Of a DNA stretch of 64,000 bases, positions 1 to 10,164 are shown in pieces. A program made the position numbers and the translations under genes. Source of the DNA: Candidatus Krumholzibacteriia bacterium (GTDB lineage: Bacteria; Krumholzibacteriota; Krumholzibacteriia; JAJRXK01); assembly GCA_041484665.1 (NCBI GenBank), contig JBGPIA010000001.1:480001-544000 (forward strand). Direction: 5' to 3'. Each line of letters begins with the position of its first letter. The stretch's first letter is position 1. The notes under the pieces are model-generated. The model worked only from the letters and a program-made list of their open reading frames with translations, searched no databases and was not told the DNA's origin.

Positions 1-109
1 CCCGCCCTGCGCACCCGGCCAAGGCCCGCTGGAATTCGGTGGCGCGGGTGCGGTGGGCGCCGCGGGCGGGACAAGGTCGTCGGACGCAGACGGCTGCACG
101 CTCTGCACC

Positions 110-2032
110 CTAGAAATGGCTGGCCACGAAGCGCCGGCGCAGGCGCGCGCGCAGCTGGACCGCCCCCACGTTGAGCGCTGCGACCACGGCAATCAAGAGC
201 AGCGTTGTCGTGAACACCATCGGCTTGGCGGCCTCGCTGTTCTGGCTCTGGAATCCCAGGTCGAAGATGTGGAACCCCAGGTGCATGAAGCTGCGCTCCA
301 GGTGCACGAAGGGCAAGACCCCGTCGACCGGCAGCTCCGGCGCGAGCTTCACCGCACCCACCAGCATCAGCGGCGCGACCTCTCCGGCTCCGCGCGCCAT
401 CGCCAGGATCATGCCGGTCATGATCCCGGGCAGAGCCCGCGGCAGGATGATCCGGCGGATCGTCTGCCACTTGCTGGCGCCGCACGCGTAGGACCCCTCG
501 CGCATCGAGCCGGGCACCGCGGCGAGGGCCTCCTCGGTGGCGACGATCACCACCGGCAGGGTCAGCAGCGCCAGGGTCAGCGACGACCACAGCACGCCGC
601 CCTTGCCGAAGGTCGGATTGGGCAGGCGCGCGGCGAAGAAGAGCTGGTCGATATGCGCCCCGAGCGCGTAGCAGAAGAAGCCCAGGCCGAACACGCCGAA
701 CACGATGCTGGGGACGCCCGCCAGATTGTTCACGGCGATGCGAACCGCGCTCACCACCGGGCCGGCCTTGGCATACTCGCGCAGGTAGAGGGCGGCGAGC
801 ACACCGAAGGGCACCACGGCCAGCGTCATGACCAGCGTCATCACGACCGTGCCGAACAGGGCCGGGAACACGCCGCCTTCGCTGTTGGCCTCCCGCGGCT
901 CGCCGGCGAGGAATTCTCGCCAGCGGTCCAGGTAGACCGCGAGCCGCTGCGGCCAGGTCAGCCGGTTCGCGGGATACGCGCGGACGATGTCGGCCAGCGG
1001 GAGCGACTTGCGCTGGCCATCGCTGATGCCCAGCACGAGCGCGTAGCGGGCATTCTCGGCATCGAGGCGGGCGGCGCGCTCCTGCAAGCGCGTGAGCTCC
1101 TGGTCGGCGGACTGGCGGGCCCGCGCGTAGTCGGCGGCCGCTGCCTCGGCCGGCGCCGACGCGGCGCCCTGGTCCAGCTCGGCCTGGCGCACGCGCAGGC
1201 GCGCGCGCTCGCAAGCCCGGTTGATGCGTCCGACCTCAGCCTGCTCGAGGGTGTGGCGCCGGCGCCAGCGGGCGCGGACCTCACCGTGGTAACGACGGAA
1301 CTGCTCCCAGGCCTGCTCCGGCTGCACGGTGACGTCCTGCCCGTCGATCTGGAAGGCCACCACACTGCCGATGAATCGGCCCCAAGCCATCCGCTCGACC
1401 GTGACCGCCCAGGGGGGCCGCTCCTCCCGCGCGACATCTTCGTCGTCGACCCAGACGAAGTGGATACCGGTCAAGTCGAAGTTGCCCGTGCGCACGAGCC
1501 TGCGATGCGCAAGGGGCAAACCCGCCGGCTCAGCTGCGGTCGCCGGTCCACCGGCCGGCGGCGCGCCGGCACCGCCGACGCGAGCCCCACTGCGGCTGCC
1601 GGCCGCCGGCGAAGGCGGCGGCAGTTGCGAGGCCTGCGCCGGGTGCGGCACCTGCGGCGGTTGCGGGCGGTAGGACTCGTGCCGGGTGATCTCCCCCACG
1701 ATCCGGCCGCCCTCGCGCGTCTGCAGCTCCACCACGCGCGACGGCCAGAAGGTGGCCGTTCCGCGCAGGAGCACCAAGAAGAGCAAGCCGGAGATCATGG
1801 CCAGCGCCACGGCCAGCGCTCCGCCGGTCACCCAGATCATGGGCTCGCCGTGGGCCAGCAGCGAGGCGCGTGCGCGCGTGCGCAGCCGCGCACCGGCCGA
1901 GCGCCGCGGGGTGACCGCGGGCTGGCCACCGGGGGGGCCGTCGGCGGGGCCGCCCGGCACACCGCCGGCAGGGCGGCCGGGCAGGCCGCCGGGCGCGGGG
2001 CGCGCGGGCCGGAAGAGGGTCGCTCCGTTCAT
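110..2032 (-). CDS. pstA: Phosphate ABC transporter permease PstA (long form with periplasmic insertion)
   Basis: C-terminal motifs EPREANSEGGVFPALFGT, NNLAGVPSIVFGVFGLGFF, GSYACGASKWQTI, ARGAGEVAPL; start overlaps pstC stop (ATGA). Confidence 0.95.
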   Translation of the reverse strand: MNGATLFRPARPAPGGLPGRPAGGVPGGPADGPPGGQPAVTPRRSAGARLRTRARASLLAHGEPMIWVTGGALAVALAMISGLLFLVLLRGTATFWPSRVVELQTREGGRIVGEITRHESYRPQPPQVPHPAQASQLPPPSPAAGSRSGARVGGAGAPPAGGPATAAEPAGLPLAHRRLVRTGNFDLTGIHFVWVDDEDVAREERPPWAVTVERMAWGRFIGSVVAFQIDGQDVTVQPEQAWEQFRRYHGEVRARWRRRHTLEQAEVGRINRACERARLRVRQAELDQGAASAPAEAAAADYARARQSADQELTRLQERAARLDAENARYALVLGISDGQRKSLPLADIVRAYPANRLTWPQRLAVYLDRWREFLAGEPREANSEGGVFPALFGTVVMTLVMTLAVVPFGVLAALYLREYAKAGPVVSAVRIAVNNLAGVPSIVFGVFGLGFFCYALGAHIDQLFFAARLPNPTFGKGGVLWSSLTLALLTLPVVIVATEEALAAVPGSMREGSYACGASKWQTIRRIILPRALPGIMTGMILAMARGAGEVAPLMLVGAVKLAPELPVDGVLPFVHLERSFMHLGFHIFDLGFQSQNSEAAKPMVFTTTLLLIAVVAALNVGAVQLRARLRRRFVASHF

Positions 2033-4623
2033 AGCTCGAAGGCGCGCTTACGGTAACGCTGCCGCACGATCTCGGCCGCCGTGTTCAGCAGGAACGTCAT
2101 GGCGAACAAAGTCAGCGCAGCCAGGAACAGCGTGCGGAAGTGCGTGCTGCCCCGTACTGCTTCGGGCATCTCGACGGCGATGTTCGCCGAGAGCGTGCGG
2201 AAGCCATTGAACACGTTCCAGTCCATGATGGGCGTGTTGCCGGCCGCCATGAGCACGATCATCGTTTCCCCCACCGCGCGGCCCAGACCCACCATCACCG
2301 CGGAGAAGATCCCGCTCATGGCGGTGGGGATGACGATGCGATGCGCGGTCTGCCAGGGGGTGGCACCGGCGCCCAGCGACGCGGAGCGGAGGTGCTCGGG
2401 CACGGCCGCCAGCGCGTCCTCGGCGATCGTGTAGATGATGGGAATGATGGCGAAGCCCATCACGAAGCCGACGATCAGGGAGTTGCTCTGCACGTAGGTG
2501 CCCAGATAGGCGCCACGCGGGTCCAGTCCCAGGGCGGCCAGCGCACCGGAGATGCCCAGCGCCATCGCCAGGGTCAGGAGCACCCCCAGCGCGAAGCGCA
2601 GTGCGTCGGCCGCTGCCCAGCGCTGCCGGGACCAGCGTGGCCCCATCCGGCGCAGCCAGGGGCCGATCGTCCGATCGCCGAGTAGCGCCGCGGCCAGCGC
2701 GGAGATCGGCAATGTCAGCAGCGTCCATCCGCCCGCGGCCCCACCCACCTGCCCGTCGAGCCAGCGCATGATGTCGCCCGCGAAGAAGGCGCGCTCGACC
2801 GGCGGGCCGAGCAACGCCGCCCCCGCGATCCCGACCGGCAGCATGGCGCAGATGCAGGCAAAGCGTCCGCGCAGCAGCCGCAGGCTCGTGCCCTGCGGCA
2901 GCAGCTGCCACAGATAGGCGCCCGCAAGGAAGGCAAGCGGCACGGTTGCCAGCGCCGCGAGCACCGACGGCAGCACCGTGCGGACGAACGGCGCGATCAC
3001 CAGCGCGGCCAGGAAGCCGAGCACGACGCTGGGCAGGCTGGCCATCAGCTCGATCGCCGGCTTCACCCGCGCCCGCGCGCGCGGCGACAGGAACTCGCTG
3101 GTGAACACCGCCGCCAGGAGCGCGATGGGAACGCCCAAGAGCATGGAGTAGAGGGTTGCCTTCAGCGTGCCGAACACCAGCGGCATCACGCCCAGCTTGG
3201 GCTCGGCGTCATCGCTGCCGCCGGAAGACTGCCAGACGTGCAGCGGCTCCGGATAGCCCTCGTACCATACGGGCCGGAAGAGCCCCGCCAGCCCAGCCTC
3301 GGGATGCCGCGGATCCACGCGCCACAGCCCCGCGGCCGCGGCGCCCCATGCCAGCAGGCCGTCGTCCTTGGGCGCGAGCGCCACGGCGGCGATGGCTCCC
3401 AGTTGGGGCCGGCGCACGCTGGCAAGCTGGCGCCCGCTGGTCACGTGCAGCAGGCGCAGCTCGCCTCCCGCGTGACCGGCCGCCACCAGCCGCGTGCGCG
3501 ACGATGACGCCAGAGCGGTGACGGCACCCTGGCCCAGCCCCAGATCGTGGGCGAGCACCAGGCCCTGACCGTCGGCGCCGCCCGCGTGTGGGGAGGGTGC
3601 CACAAACCAAGCGCAGACCGACCCGCGGGAGTCGCCGGCGACCAGCGTGGTCCTGCCCAGCAGGAAGGCCAGCGCCGTGAGCCGGTCCCCCGGCGCAGCC
3701 ACCAGATCGGCCTGCTCCACGGGGCGCAGCGTCGCACCGTCGGACCGCAGCCGCAGCAGCTGGCCGTCCTCCCACGCCACGAAGACCTGATCGCCCTGCG
3801 CCGAGAGCAGCAGGAACGACGGGGCGCGCCCGTCGGCATGCGGCGGCAGCGGAGTCGTCGACGAGCGGGCGGTCCATGTCACCTGGCCGGTGAGCAGGTT
3901 CTTGCGTTGGCGCAGGCTGTGCAGCCGCAGCGTTCCATCCGCGCTGAGCGCGCAGACCACGGGCCCCGACGAGCGCCACGAGGCGTCGAGCAGCCGCACG
4001 GGCGAGCCCCCCGGCTCGGCGAGCGGCGCATCGAGCTGCGCCTCCACTCCGTGCACGCGCAGCTGCCCTTGCTGTGCGCGCACCGCCAGGCCGGCGCCCA
4101 GAGGAGCGGTCGCTCCCGCCGCCAGCGCGCGCACGGCTGGCGGGAGAGAATCGGCCGGGGGGAATCCCATTGTGAAGCGGATGTGCCCCAGCCGCACCGA
4201 GCCGTCGGCGAAGCCGAACACGGCGTCATCACCGCGCGCCGTGAACGCCGCGGCCGTCAGCGCCCCGGAGACGACCAGTGGCTCGCTGCGCAGCTGCTTG
4301 CCGTCGGCGAGGCTGAACACCGAGAGCGTTCCGTCGTCCCCCAGTGCATAGCCCAGGGTCTGGGTCTCGTCGACGGCGACATGGAGCGGGCGCGCCGGCG
4401 GACCGGCGCGCGGGATCTCCCGCCCGCGATCGAGCTTCGCGGGCAGGAAGAGAGGGACAACCACCCAGACCAGGAACACGCCGACCGTGGAGATCGCGAG
4501 AATCGTCCCAATGCCCCCGACGGTGATCAGGGCGCGCGCGACCTTGTCCACGACCCGGACGCTGCGCCGGGTCGTGCGGCGGCGGGAACGTCCCGTGAAC
4601 GTCTGGGTGTCCGGCGTGGCCAA
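2029..4623 (-). CDS. pstC: Phosphate ABC transporter permease PstC with N-terminal beta-propeller-like periplasmic domain
   Basis: VWYEGYPEP..WQSS, PLVFGTLKAT, ELMASLPSVVLGF, GATPWQTA, GRAVGETMIVLMAAGN, RTLSANIAVEMPEA; lies between pstS and pstA; TTG start. Confidence 0.95.
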   Translation of the reverse strand: MATPDTQTFTGRSRRRTTRRSVRVVDKVARALITVGGIGTILAISTVGVFLVWVVVPLFLPAKLDRGREIPRAGPPARPLHVAVDETQTLGYALGDDGTLSVFSLADGKQLRSEPLVVSGALTAAAFTARGDDAVFGFADGSVRLGHIRFTMGFPPADSLPPAVRALAAGATAPLGAGLAVRAQQGQLRVHGVEAQLDAPLAEPGGSPVRLLDASWRSSGPVVCALSADGTLRLHSLRQRKNLLTGQVTWTARSSTTPLPPHADGRAPSFLLLSAQGDQVFVAWEDGQLLRLRSDGATLRPVEQADLVAAPGDRLTALAFLLGRTTLVAGDSRGSVCAWFVAPSPHAGGADGQGLVLAHDLGLGQGAVTALASSSRTRLVAAGHAGGELRLLHVTSGRQLASVRRPQLGAIAAVALAPKDDGLLAWGAAAAGLWRVDPRHPEAGLAGLFRPVWYEGYPEPLHVWQSSGGSDDAEPKLGVMPLVFGTLKATLYSMLLGVPIALLAAVFTSEFLSPRARARVKPAIELMASLPSVVLGFLAALVIAPFVRTVLPSVLAALATVPLAFLAGAYLWQLLPQGTSLRLLRGRFACICAMLPVGIAGAALLGPPVERAFFAGDIMRWLDGQVGGAAGGWTLLTLPISALAAALLGDRTIGPWLRRMGPRWSRQRWAAADALRFALGVLLTLAMALGISGALAALGLDPRGAYLGTYVQSNSLIVGFVMGFAIIPIIYTIAEDALAAVPEHLRSASLGAGATPWQTAHRIVIPTAMSGIFSAVMVGLGRAVGETMIVLMAAGNTPIMDWNVFNGFRTLSANIAVEMPEAVRGSTHFRTLFLAALTLFAMTFLLNTAAEIVRQRYRKRAFEL

Positions 4624-4636
4624 GTAGTGTATTCGC

Positions 4637-5665
4637 CTAGATCCCCGGACGAACGCCCACGGACTGCAGCGCCTCCTGGGCCATGGCAGCGGTCACCGGG
4701 AAGAACCCATCCTTGATCACGTCCTGTTGCCCCTGCTTGCTCAATACGTAGCGGAGGAATTCCCGGCGGAGCGGATCCAGCTCGGTGTTGGGCTTGCAGT
4801 TCACGTAGATGAACAGGAAGCGCGCGAGGGAGTACTCGCCCGAGTAGGCGTGCTCGCCCACGGCCTCAACGAACTTGGCGCCCGCCGCCTCGGCCAACGG
4901 CACCGCGCGCACGTCGGCCGTCTTGTAGCCGATCCCGCTGTAGCCCATCGCGAAGCGATCGCTGGCCACGCCCTGCACCACCGAGGAACTGCCCGGCATC
5001 TCCTTGACGGTGTCCTTGTAGTCGCCCCCGAACAGCGCGTGCTCCTTGAAGTAGCCATACGTTCCCGAGGCCGCGTTGCGGCCGTAGAGGCTGATCGGCT
5101 TATCCGCCCACTCGCCGGTCAGGCCCAGTTCGCCCCAGGTGCGAATCTCCTTGCTGACCCCACTCTTGCGCGTGCGGGAGAAGATCGCGTCCAGCTGCTG
5201 CAGCGTGAGCCCCTTGATCGGATTGTCCTTGTGCACGTAGACCGCGAGCATATCGACACTGGTCGCCACCGCCGTGGGCTTGTAGCCGAACTGCTTCTGG
5301 AAGGCGTCGACCTCCGCGTCTTTCATCTCGCGGCTCATGGGCCCGAAGGTGGACGAGCCGGCGATCAGCGCCGGCGGAGCCGTGGACGAGCCCTTCCCCT
5401 CGATCTCGACCTGCACGTTGGGGTAGAGCTTGCGGAAGCTCTCGCTCCACAGGGTCATCAGGTTGTTCATCGTGTCGGAGCCGATGCTCTTGATCGTGCC
5501 GGAGGCGCCCTGCGCCGTGCGGTATTCCGGCAGCCCGTCATCGACCTTGACCTGCGCGCGGACGGCGAAGGGTACGGCGAGCGAAGCGGCGAGCGCTGCG
5601 CCGGCCAGCGCCGTGCGGGCCGTGCTGCATCGACTGCGGATCATCCTGGGACTCCTCTTTTCCAT
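4637..5665 (-). CDS. pstS: Phosphate ABC transporter substrate-binding protein PstS
   Basis: Signal peptide, GSDTM, GKGSSTAPPALIAG, GPMSR, YGRNAASGTYGYF, GYSGIGY. Confidence 0.95.
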   Translation of the reverse strand: MEKRSPRMIRSRCSTARTALAGAALAASLAVPFAVRAQVKVDDGLPEYRTAQGASGTIKSIGSDTMNNLMTLWSESFRKLYPNVQVEIEGKGSSTAPPALIAGSSTFGPMSREMKDAEVDAFQKQFGYKPTAVATSVDMLAVYVHKDNPIKGLTLQQLDAIFSRTRKSGVSKEIRTWGELGLTGEWADKPISLYGRNAASGTYGYFKEHALFGGDYKDTVKEMPGSSSVVQGVASDRFAMGYSGIGYKTADVRAVPLAEAAGAKFVEAVGEHAYSGEYSLARFLFIYVNCKPNTELDPLRREFLRYVLSKQGQQDVIKDGFFPVTAAMAQEALQSVGVRPGI

Positions 5666-5733
5666 GGGTGGTGCGCCCGAGACCGGGCCCGAACCAGCGC
5701 CGTCACGATAGCAGCCCCGTACGCTCGGTCACC

Positions 5734-5770
5734 GCGACAGACGGTGACGTTTGTGTGACGAACCGGTGAC
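5734..5770 (-). promoter_or_regulatory. Pho box-like array of direct repeats upstream of pstS
   Basis: Minus-strand GTCAC at 5770-5766, 5759-5755 and 5748-5744 (exact 11-bp period), plus GTCGC at 5738-5734; TGCTATCGT -10-like element near 5713-5705. An 11-bp period with a GTCA core is the PhoB/PhoP binding pattern. Confidence 0.75.
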
Positions 5771-5823
5771 CGGCTAGGCGGGTGCGCCTGTAATTCGACA
5801 AATCGTTGTTTGACAATGGATTA

Positions 5824-6819
5824 TCAGACGCACGGCGGGCCGGTCGTCGGGCGAGCGGGCGCGGAGCCCACTGCAATGACCCCTGCACTCGACCGCGCGT
5901 CGTACCCCTCCGCGCGCCGGTACCAGTCCTCGTGGAGCCAGAGACGCGCGGGGTCGCCCCGCGCGAGCGTGAGGAAATGCACCAGCACGCGGCGCGAATC
6001 CTCGACCACCAGCAGTCGCCAGTCCTGCGGGGCGGGCGCAAACCACGTCCAGGTGCCGCGAGCGCCACCAGGAGTCGCTGGCTGCGCCGGCTCGCCCGGC
6101 TCGGGCGGCTCGGGAGGCTCAGGCGGTTCGGGAGGCCGCAACGGGGCGCCGGGCTTGTTCGCCGCCCCGCTCTTGCGCGACTGCGCCTGGGCATCGAGCA
6201 GCTCGTGCTCGCGCCAAGACGCGCTGCCGGCGCCACCCTCGCTGCGATCGTCTGCCGCCCCGCCGTTGCCAGGCAGCCCCATGCCCTGCAACGCAAGCAG
6301 CTCGCGGCGCAGCACAGAGGCACAGAGGTACGACCATGGAGTGCTGTCACCGTCAACCGCGTGCATGGGGTCCGCGGGCGCGAAGCGCAGGCGGCCCGCC
6401 TGCGCCCCCAACCCCCGCACGCACCATCCGGAGCGCACGAACAACGGTGGAAAGGCCGTGACGACCCTCGCCAGGTCGATTGGGCCCACCCCCGGCGCGC
6501 CGCGCGGGCCCGTCAGGCGCGACGCCGCCTCTGCAGCCCGGGCGCGAAAGGAGCGCAGCTGCGCGGCATCGGTCCCGCAGAAGTAGTAGCGCAGGCTCAA
6601 TGGCTCAGTGCCCGCGGGCGCGCACGACGCCGGCGCGGGGACGGCCCAGTATGGTGTGGTCGGCCGGCGGGGGCAACCGCCCCCGCCGGCCTCGCGTGGC
6701 GCTCGTGCGGCAAGGCCCCGCGCGGCCTCGCCCACACTGACGGTGCCGCGGTGAGCGCCGCACCGCTCGGCACGAGCGCCGGTTGGAGAGCAGGGGCACG
6801 CCCTGGTCCCGGCAGGCAC
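5824..6819 (-). CDS. Hypothetical protein (start uncertain, possibly TTG at 6600)
   Basis: Fills the gap between the large secreted gene and pstS on the same strand; protein-like blocks (SLRYYFCGTD, WRLLVVEDSRRVLVHFLTL, LWLHEDWYRR) around a PEPPEPPEP linker. Confidence 0.5.
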   Translation of the reverse strand: MPAGTRACPCSPTGARAERCGAHRGTVSVGEAARGLAARAPREAGGGGCPRRPTTPYWAVPAPASCAPAGTEPLSLRYYFCGTDAAQLRSFRARAAEAASRLTGPRGAPGVGPIDLARVVTAFPPLFVRSGWCVRGLGAQAGRLRFAPADPMHAVDGDSTPWSYLCASVLRRELLALQGMGLPGNGGAADDRSEGGAGSASWREHELLDAQAQSRKSGAANKPGAPLRPPEPPEPPEPPEPGEPAQPATPGGARGTWTWFAPAPQDWRLLVVEDSRRVLVHFLTLARGDPARLWLHEDWYRRAEGYDARSSAGVIAVGSAPARPTTGPPCV

Positions 6820-6855
6820 CTCTGCGCCGGTGACCTGGACCGCCTCTGCTGAGGG

Positions 6856-9800
6856 CTATTTCACCAAGGCCATCTTACGAACCTCTTCCTGGCCGAATCC
6901 GGTGACCTGGTACAGGTAGATGCCACTTCCGACCGGTGCGCCCGTGGCGTCGGTCCCGTTCCAGAGCACCGCGTGGGCTCCGCGATCCACGTTGGCGTCG
7001 AGCAGGGTTGCCACCCGCTCGCCGCGCACGTTGTACACCCTCACGCTCACGTGCCCGCGGGCCGGCGCCATGAACTCGATGCTGGTGACGGGGTTGAAGG
7101 GATTGGGACGATTCTGGCCCACGACCAGCCGGCGGGTGGCCACGCGATCGGCCGCGACCACGTTGCCACCCCCGGCCGGGTGGCCGAAGCACTGCAGCAG
7201 GTCGCGCAGCAGGTTGGCGCGCGCGGAGCGCCCGCCGCCGGTGGCCGGTCCGCCGATCACGTCGTAGACGTAGACGAACCCGTAGGGGAACGTCACGTGC
7301 ACGCGGTCGTACGCCTGTGCTGCGATGGTGTCACGGCGCGCGTAGTAGACGCTGGCCGAGGGGGCGAAGGGGCCCGGGCTGAACGCGTGCGCCTTGACGG
7401 CGCCGACGGCGCCCGGCCCGATGTTGTCGAACGAGTTGATCCCGGGGCACCCGCCAAAGGCGACGTACCGCGTGCTGAAGCACGGCACGGCACCGGTGGG
7501 AGTGACCTGGGGCGCGGTCTGGCCGCCGATGGACGGCCGTGCGTCGTTCGCCACGCGCAGAACGCCCATGACGTTGGCCAGGTAGACCAGCCCGTTGCCA
7601 CCCAGGCCGCTGGCGATTTCATCGCCGAAATAGGCCGCGTAGCGATTGTGGGGCTGAGCGTTCCAGGCCGTGAGCACGCCCACGTCGTCGCTCTTGTCGT
7701 TGCTGCCCGTCCCGCTGCCGTCACTGATCAGGAATCGCTCGAGATCCTCGCAGACGTAGATGAGGCATTCGTAGCCCTCCAGCTGCTGCGCGTTGGCACC
7801 GTGGACCCCAGCCGAGCCGAGCCCATTGCTGACACCCGAGTCCGGCCCCTGGCCGGTGTAGGAGTCGTACTCGATCCCCTCCCTCAGGCCGTTCTGACCG
7901 AAGGCGAACAGGTACTCGTTCTCGCCGCCGCGGCGGCCGAAGTCATTCCACAGCAGGATCTTCGGTTGGGTGATGGTCGTCTCGCCAGTCGCCACCGTGA
8001 GCTTCGCGCTGGGGAGCCCGCGCACGACGTAGGTGCGGTTGTAGTCGGCGCCCCGCGCGAATCCGCTGGTGTCGGCCGGGAGCACCGCCGACTCCGCCGG
8101 GTTGAGCGTCGCGGCGCTGAAGCAGTAACGCAGGACGTCGCCCGGGAAGAACAGCCCGTGTTCCGGCGTCTCGTACGGCGCCAGGGTCGTCGGCCCGTCG
8201 GGAAGGTCGAAGAACCAGCGATTGGGCACGCGCGCCCCGCCCGCGGTGTTCGACGGCCGGCCGGCGACGAAGCCTCGCCACCTGTTCGGTCCGACCTGCG
8301 TCACGCCGGAGCCGGGCTGCGCGGCAAGGTCGGCCAGCGCCGCTGCTCGCGCCGCATTGAATGCCGGGTTGGCGTCGAGCGCCCAGAGCATCTTGATCGA
8401 CGACTCGTCCACGACCGCGCCCGGTTTGCGCGCCACGATGTCCACGATGATGGAGTCGCCGGGCACGTTGGCAGCTCCGATCGGCCGGATGTCCTGGGCC
8501 ATGTCCAGGCGGATCGCCAGGTCCGAGGCCTGGAATCCTCCGTGGGTCCCATCGGTGATCGGAGTGCCGGACTGGGGGAACGAATCGTTGAAGATATCCA
8601 GCTCGCGGGTGGCGAAGCCGGGCCCGACGGCGTTGTACTTCGCGAACGCGATGTTGTCGTACAGCGGCGCCGGCGTCGCGTCGTTACCGGGGAAGTTGAA
8701 GATGTCCGCGAGGTCGACGACCCCCATCGCGATCTGGACGCTGTCCGGCGCGTTGACCAGCAGGTCGGACACCTCCAGGCGGTTGGTGGTGTTCAGCGGG
8801 CTGTTGTTGATGTAGGCGCCCGGGCTGCCGTAGTACACGAAGTTGCGGTCGACCCAGGGCCCCCACGTGCCGCTGTTCGGATCGGGGTAGCTGCGGATGT
8901 GCCAGATGCTGAAGATCCCGTTGAGCAGCGGGAGATCCGACCAGACCAGGTAGTGCAGGAACGCGCCACCCACGGCCCCGTCATCCGCAGGGCCGGGCAG
9001 GTCGTAGGCGAATGGTGGCGACCACACCTCGTTGTTGAGCGCGGTGCCGCCGAGAGTGAGGCCGCCAGTGTAGTTGACGACCCAGCCGCCGGGGATCCCG
9101 TAGCCCGCGGTGCCGACGTTGCCCCCCGTGCTGCGCCCCAGCGCGTCGTTGTTGGGCGGCGTGCCGTCATCGATGAAGCCCATCTGGGGCGACAGGTTGT
9201 CCAGGCACGGGTCGGTGTCCTGGAAGCGCGTGAACAACTTGGAGAAATCGCCCACGAAATCGGCCGGCACCGGGGTCCAGCCCCCGTCGCTGCCGCCCTC
9301 GAAGGTTGCCTGGGAGATCACCGTTCCGTTGCGGCGCACCTGGATCTGGTCGACCTGCGCACCGCCGTCGGTGGGCCACAGGCCGTCCTCGTCGGAGGCT
9401 GCTCCGTCGGACCCCAGGCGGATCCGCAGATGGATCTGATTGTGCGCTGGGCCCGCATAGGTGCCGGGGCGGTAGCGGATCGTGCGATTGAACTCCGCCG
9501 GAGCGCTGAACACGCCGCTGGTGTCGCGGTTGGAGGCGCTGACCGACAGCAGTGTCAGCATCGTGCCAGCGGAGTCCCACAGGGTCTGGAAGAAGTCGTA
9601 CCCGGGCTCGGTGTCATAGTTGTAGAGGAACGCCAGCTGCATCGCGGAGCTGTCCGCAGCGCTCGGGACAAAGAACCGGTAATCGAGCCAGTCGTTCCAG
9701 TTGTTGCCGTAGCCGGGCGCCGTGGCGAACCCGGGCGTGCCCGCCGGCACCCCGGCCCACGTCGCGTGGTTGGTGGGCGGGACAGTGTAGGCCCCCTGCC

Positions 9801-10164
9801 ACCAGCTCGGCTTGGCAGCGGGCAGCTGCGGCGCGTTGAAGGTCGACACGTGCCAGTGCGGGGGCAGCTCGGTGAGGTCCCGGCCGATCCAGCCCTGGCG
9901 TGAGGGCACCGCGGGCGGGGCCGTCTCGAACTTTCCCTGCCGCGTGGCCGGACCGCCGAACAGGAAGAACGTGTCGGCGGCAGCCTTGGCCGCGTCGCCC
10001 ACCGGACCCCCGGTGAGCGTGCCCGCGCCGCCTGGCTGCGCGGGCTTGTAGGTGCTGTAATCTCTCGCCACGCTGTGGGTCGCCGGGCCGCCCCGGGCCG
10101 CGGCTGCCGCAGCCAAGGAGAGCGTGAGTGCAACTCCCGTCACGAGAGAGAGGATCTGTCTCAT
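6856..10164 (-). CDS. Large secreted protein (~1100 aa) with C-terminal FlgD-Ig / T9SS-like sorting domain
   Basis: GGGGGA RBS then MRQILSLVTGVALTLSLAAAAAA signal peptide; YDTEPGYDF beta-sandwich motif; C-terminus QNRPNPFNPVTSI...VYNVRGERVATL...WNGTD...GSGIYLY...RKMALVK. Confidence 0.9.
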   Translation of the reverse strand: MRQILSLVTGVALTLSLAAAAAARGGPATHSVARDYSTYKPAQPGGAGTLTGGPVGDAAKAAADTFFLFGGPATRQGKFETAPPAVPSRQGWIGRDLTELPPHWHVSTFNAPQLPAAKPSWWQGAYTVPPTNHATWAGVPAGTPGFATAPGYGNNWNDWLDYRFFVPSAADSSAMQLAFLYNYDTEPGYDFFQTLWDSAGTMLTLLSVSASNRDTSGVFSAPAEFNRTIRYRPGTYAGPAHNQIHLRIRLGSDGAASDEDGLWPTDGGAQVDQIQVRRNGTVISQATFEGGSDGGWTPVPADFVGDFSKLFTRFQDTDPCLDNLSPQMGFIDDGTPPNNDALGRSTGGNVGTAGYGIPGGWVVNYTGGLTLGGTALNNEVWSPPFAYDLPGPADDGAVGGAFLHYLVWSDLPLLNGIFSIWHIRSYPDPNSGTWGPWVDRNFVYYGSPGAYINNSPLNTTNRLEVSDLLVNAPDSVQIAMGVVDLADIFNFPGNDATPAPLYDNIAFAKYNAVGPGFATRELDIFNDSFPQSGTPITDGTHGGFQASDLAIRLDMAQDIRPIGAANVPGDSIIVDIVARKPGAVVDESSIKMLWALDANPAFNAARAAALADLAAQPGSGVTQVGPNRWRGFVAGRPSNTAGGARVPNRWFFDLPDGPTTLAPYETPEHGLFFPGDVLRYCFSAATLNPAESAVLPADTSGFARGADYNRTYVVRGLPSAKLTVATGETTITQPKILLWNDFGRRGGENEYLFAFGQNGLREGIEYDSYTGQGPDSGVSNGLGSAGVHGANAQQLEGYECLIYVCEDLERFLISDGSGTGSNDKSDDVGVLTAWNAQPHNRYAAYFGDEIASGLGGNGLVYLANVMGVLRVANDARPSIGGQTAPQVTPTGAVPCFSTRYVAFGGCPGINSFDNIGPGAVGAVKAHAFSPGPFAPSASVYYARRDTIAAQAYDRVHVTFPYGFVYVYDVIGGPATGGGRSARANLLRDLLQCFGHPAGGGNVVAADRVATRRLVVGQNRPNPFNPVTSIEFMAPARGHVSVRVYNVRGERVATLLDANVDRGAHAVLWNGTDATGAPVGSGIYLYQVTGFGQEEVRKMALVK

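Noticed and set aside
53..2056. Long opposite-strand or off-frame ORFs (53-2056+, 6973-9903+, 14051-15625-, 21238-23697+, 23406-25478-, 44416-46329-, 54752-57058+ and others)
   Set aside because: Shadow ORFs expected in high-GC DNA; they overlap well-supported genes and have Arg/Ala/Gly/His-rich, motif-free translations.
110..4623. Unusually long PstA/PstC and absence of pstB as novelty
   Set aside because: Long PstC/PstA forms with periplasmic domains are known in other bacteria, and pstB may lie just beyond the window's left edge.
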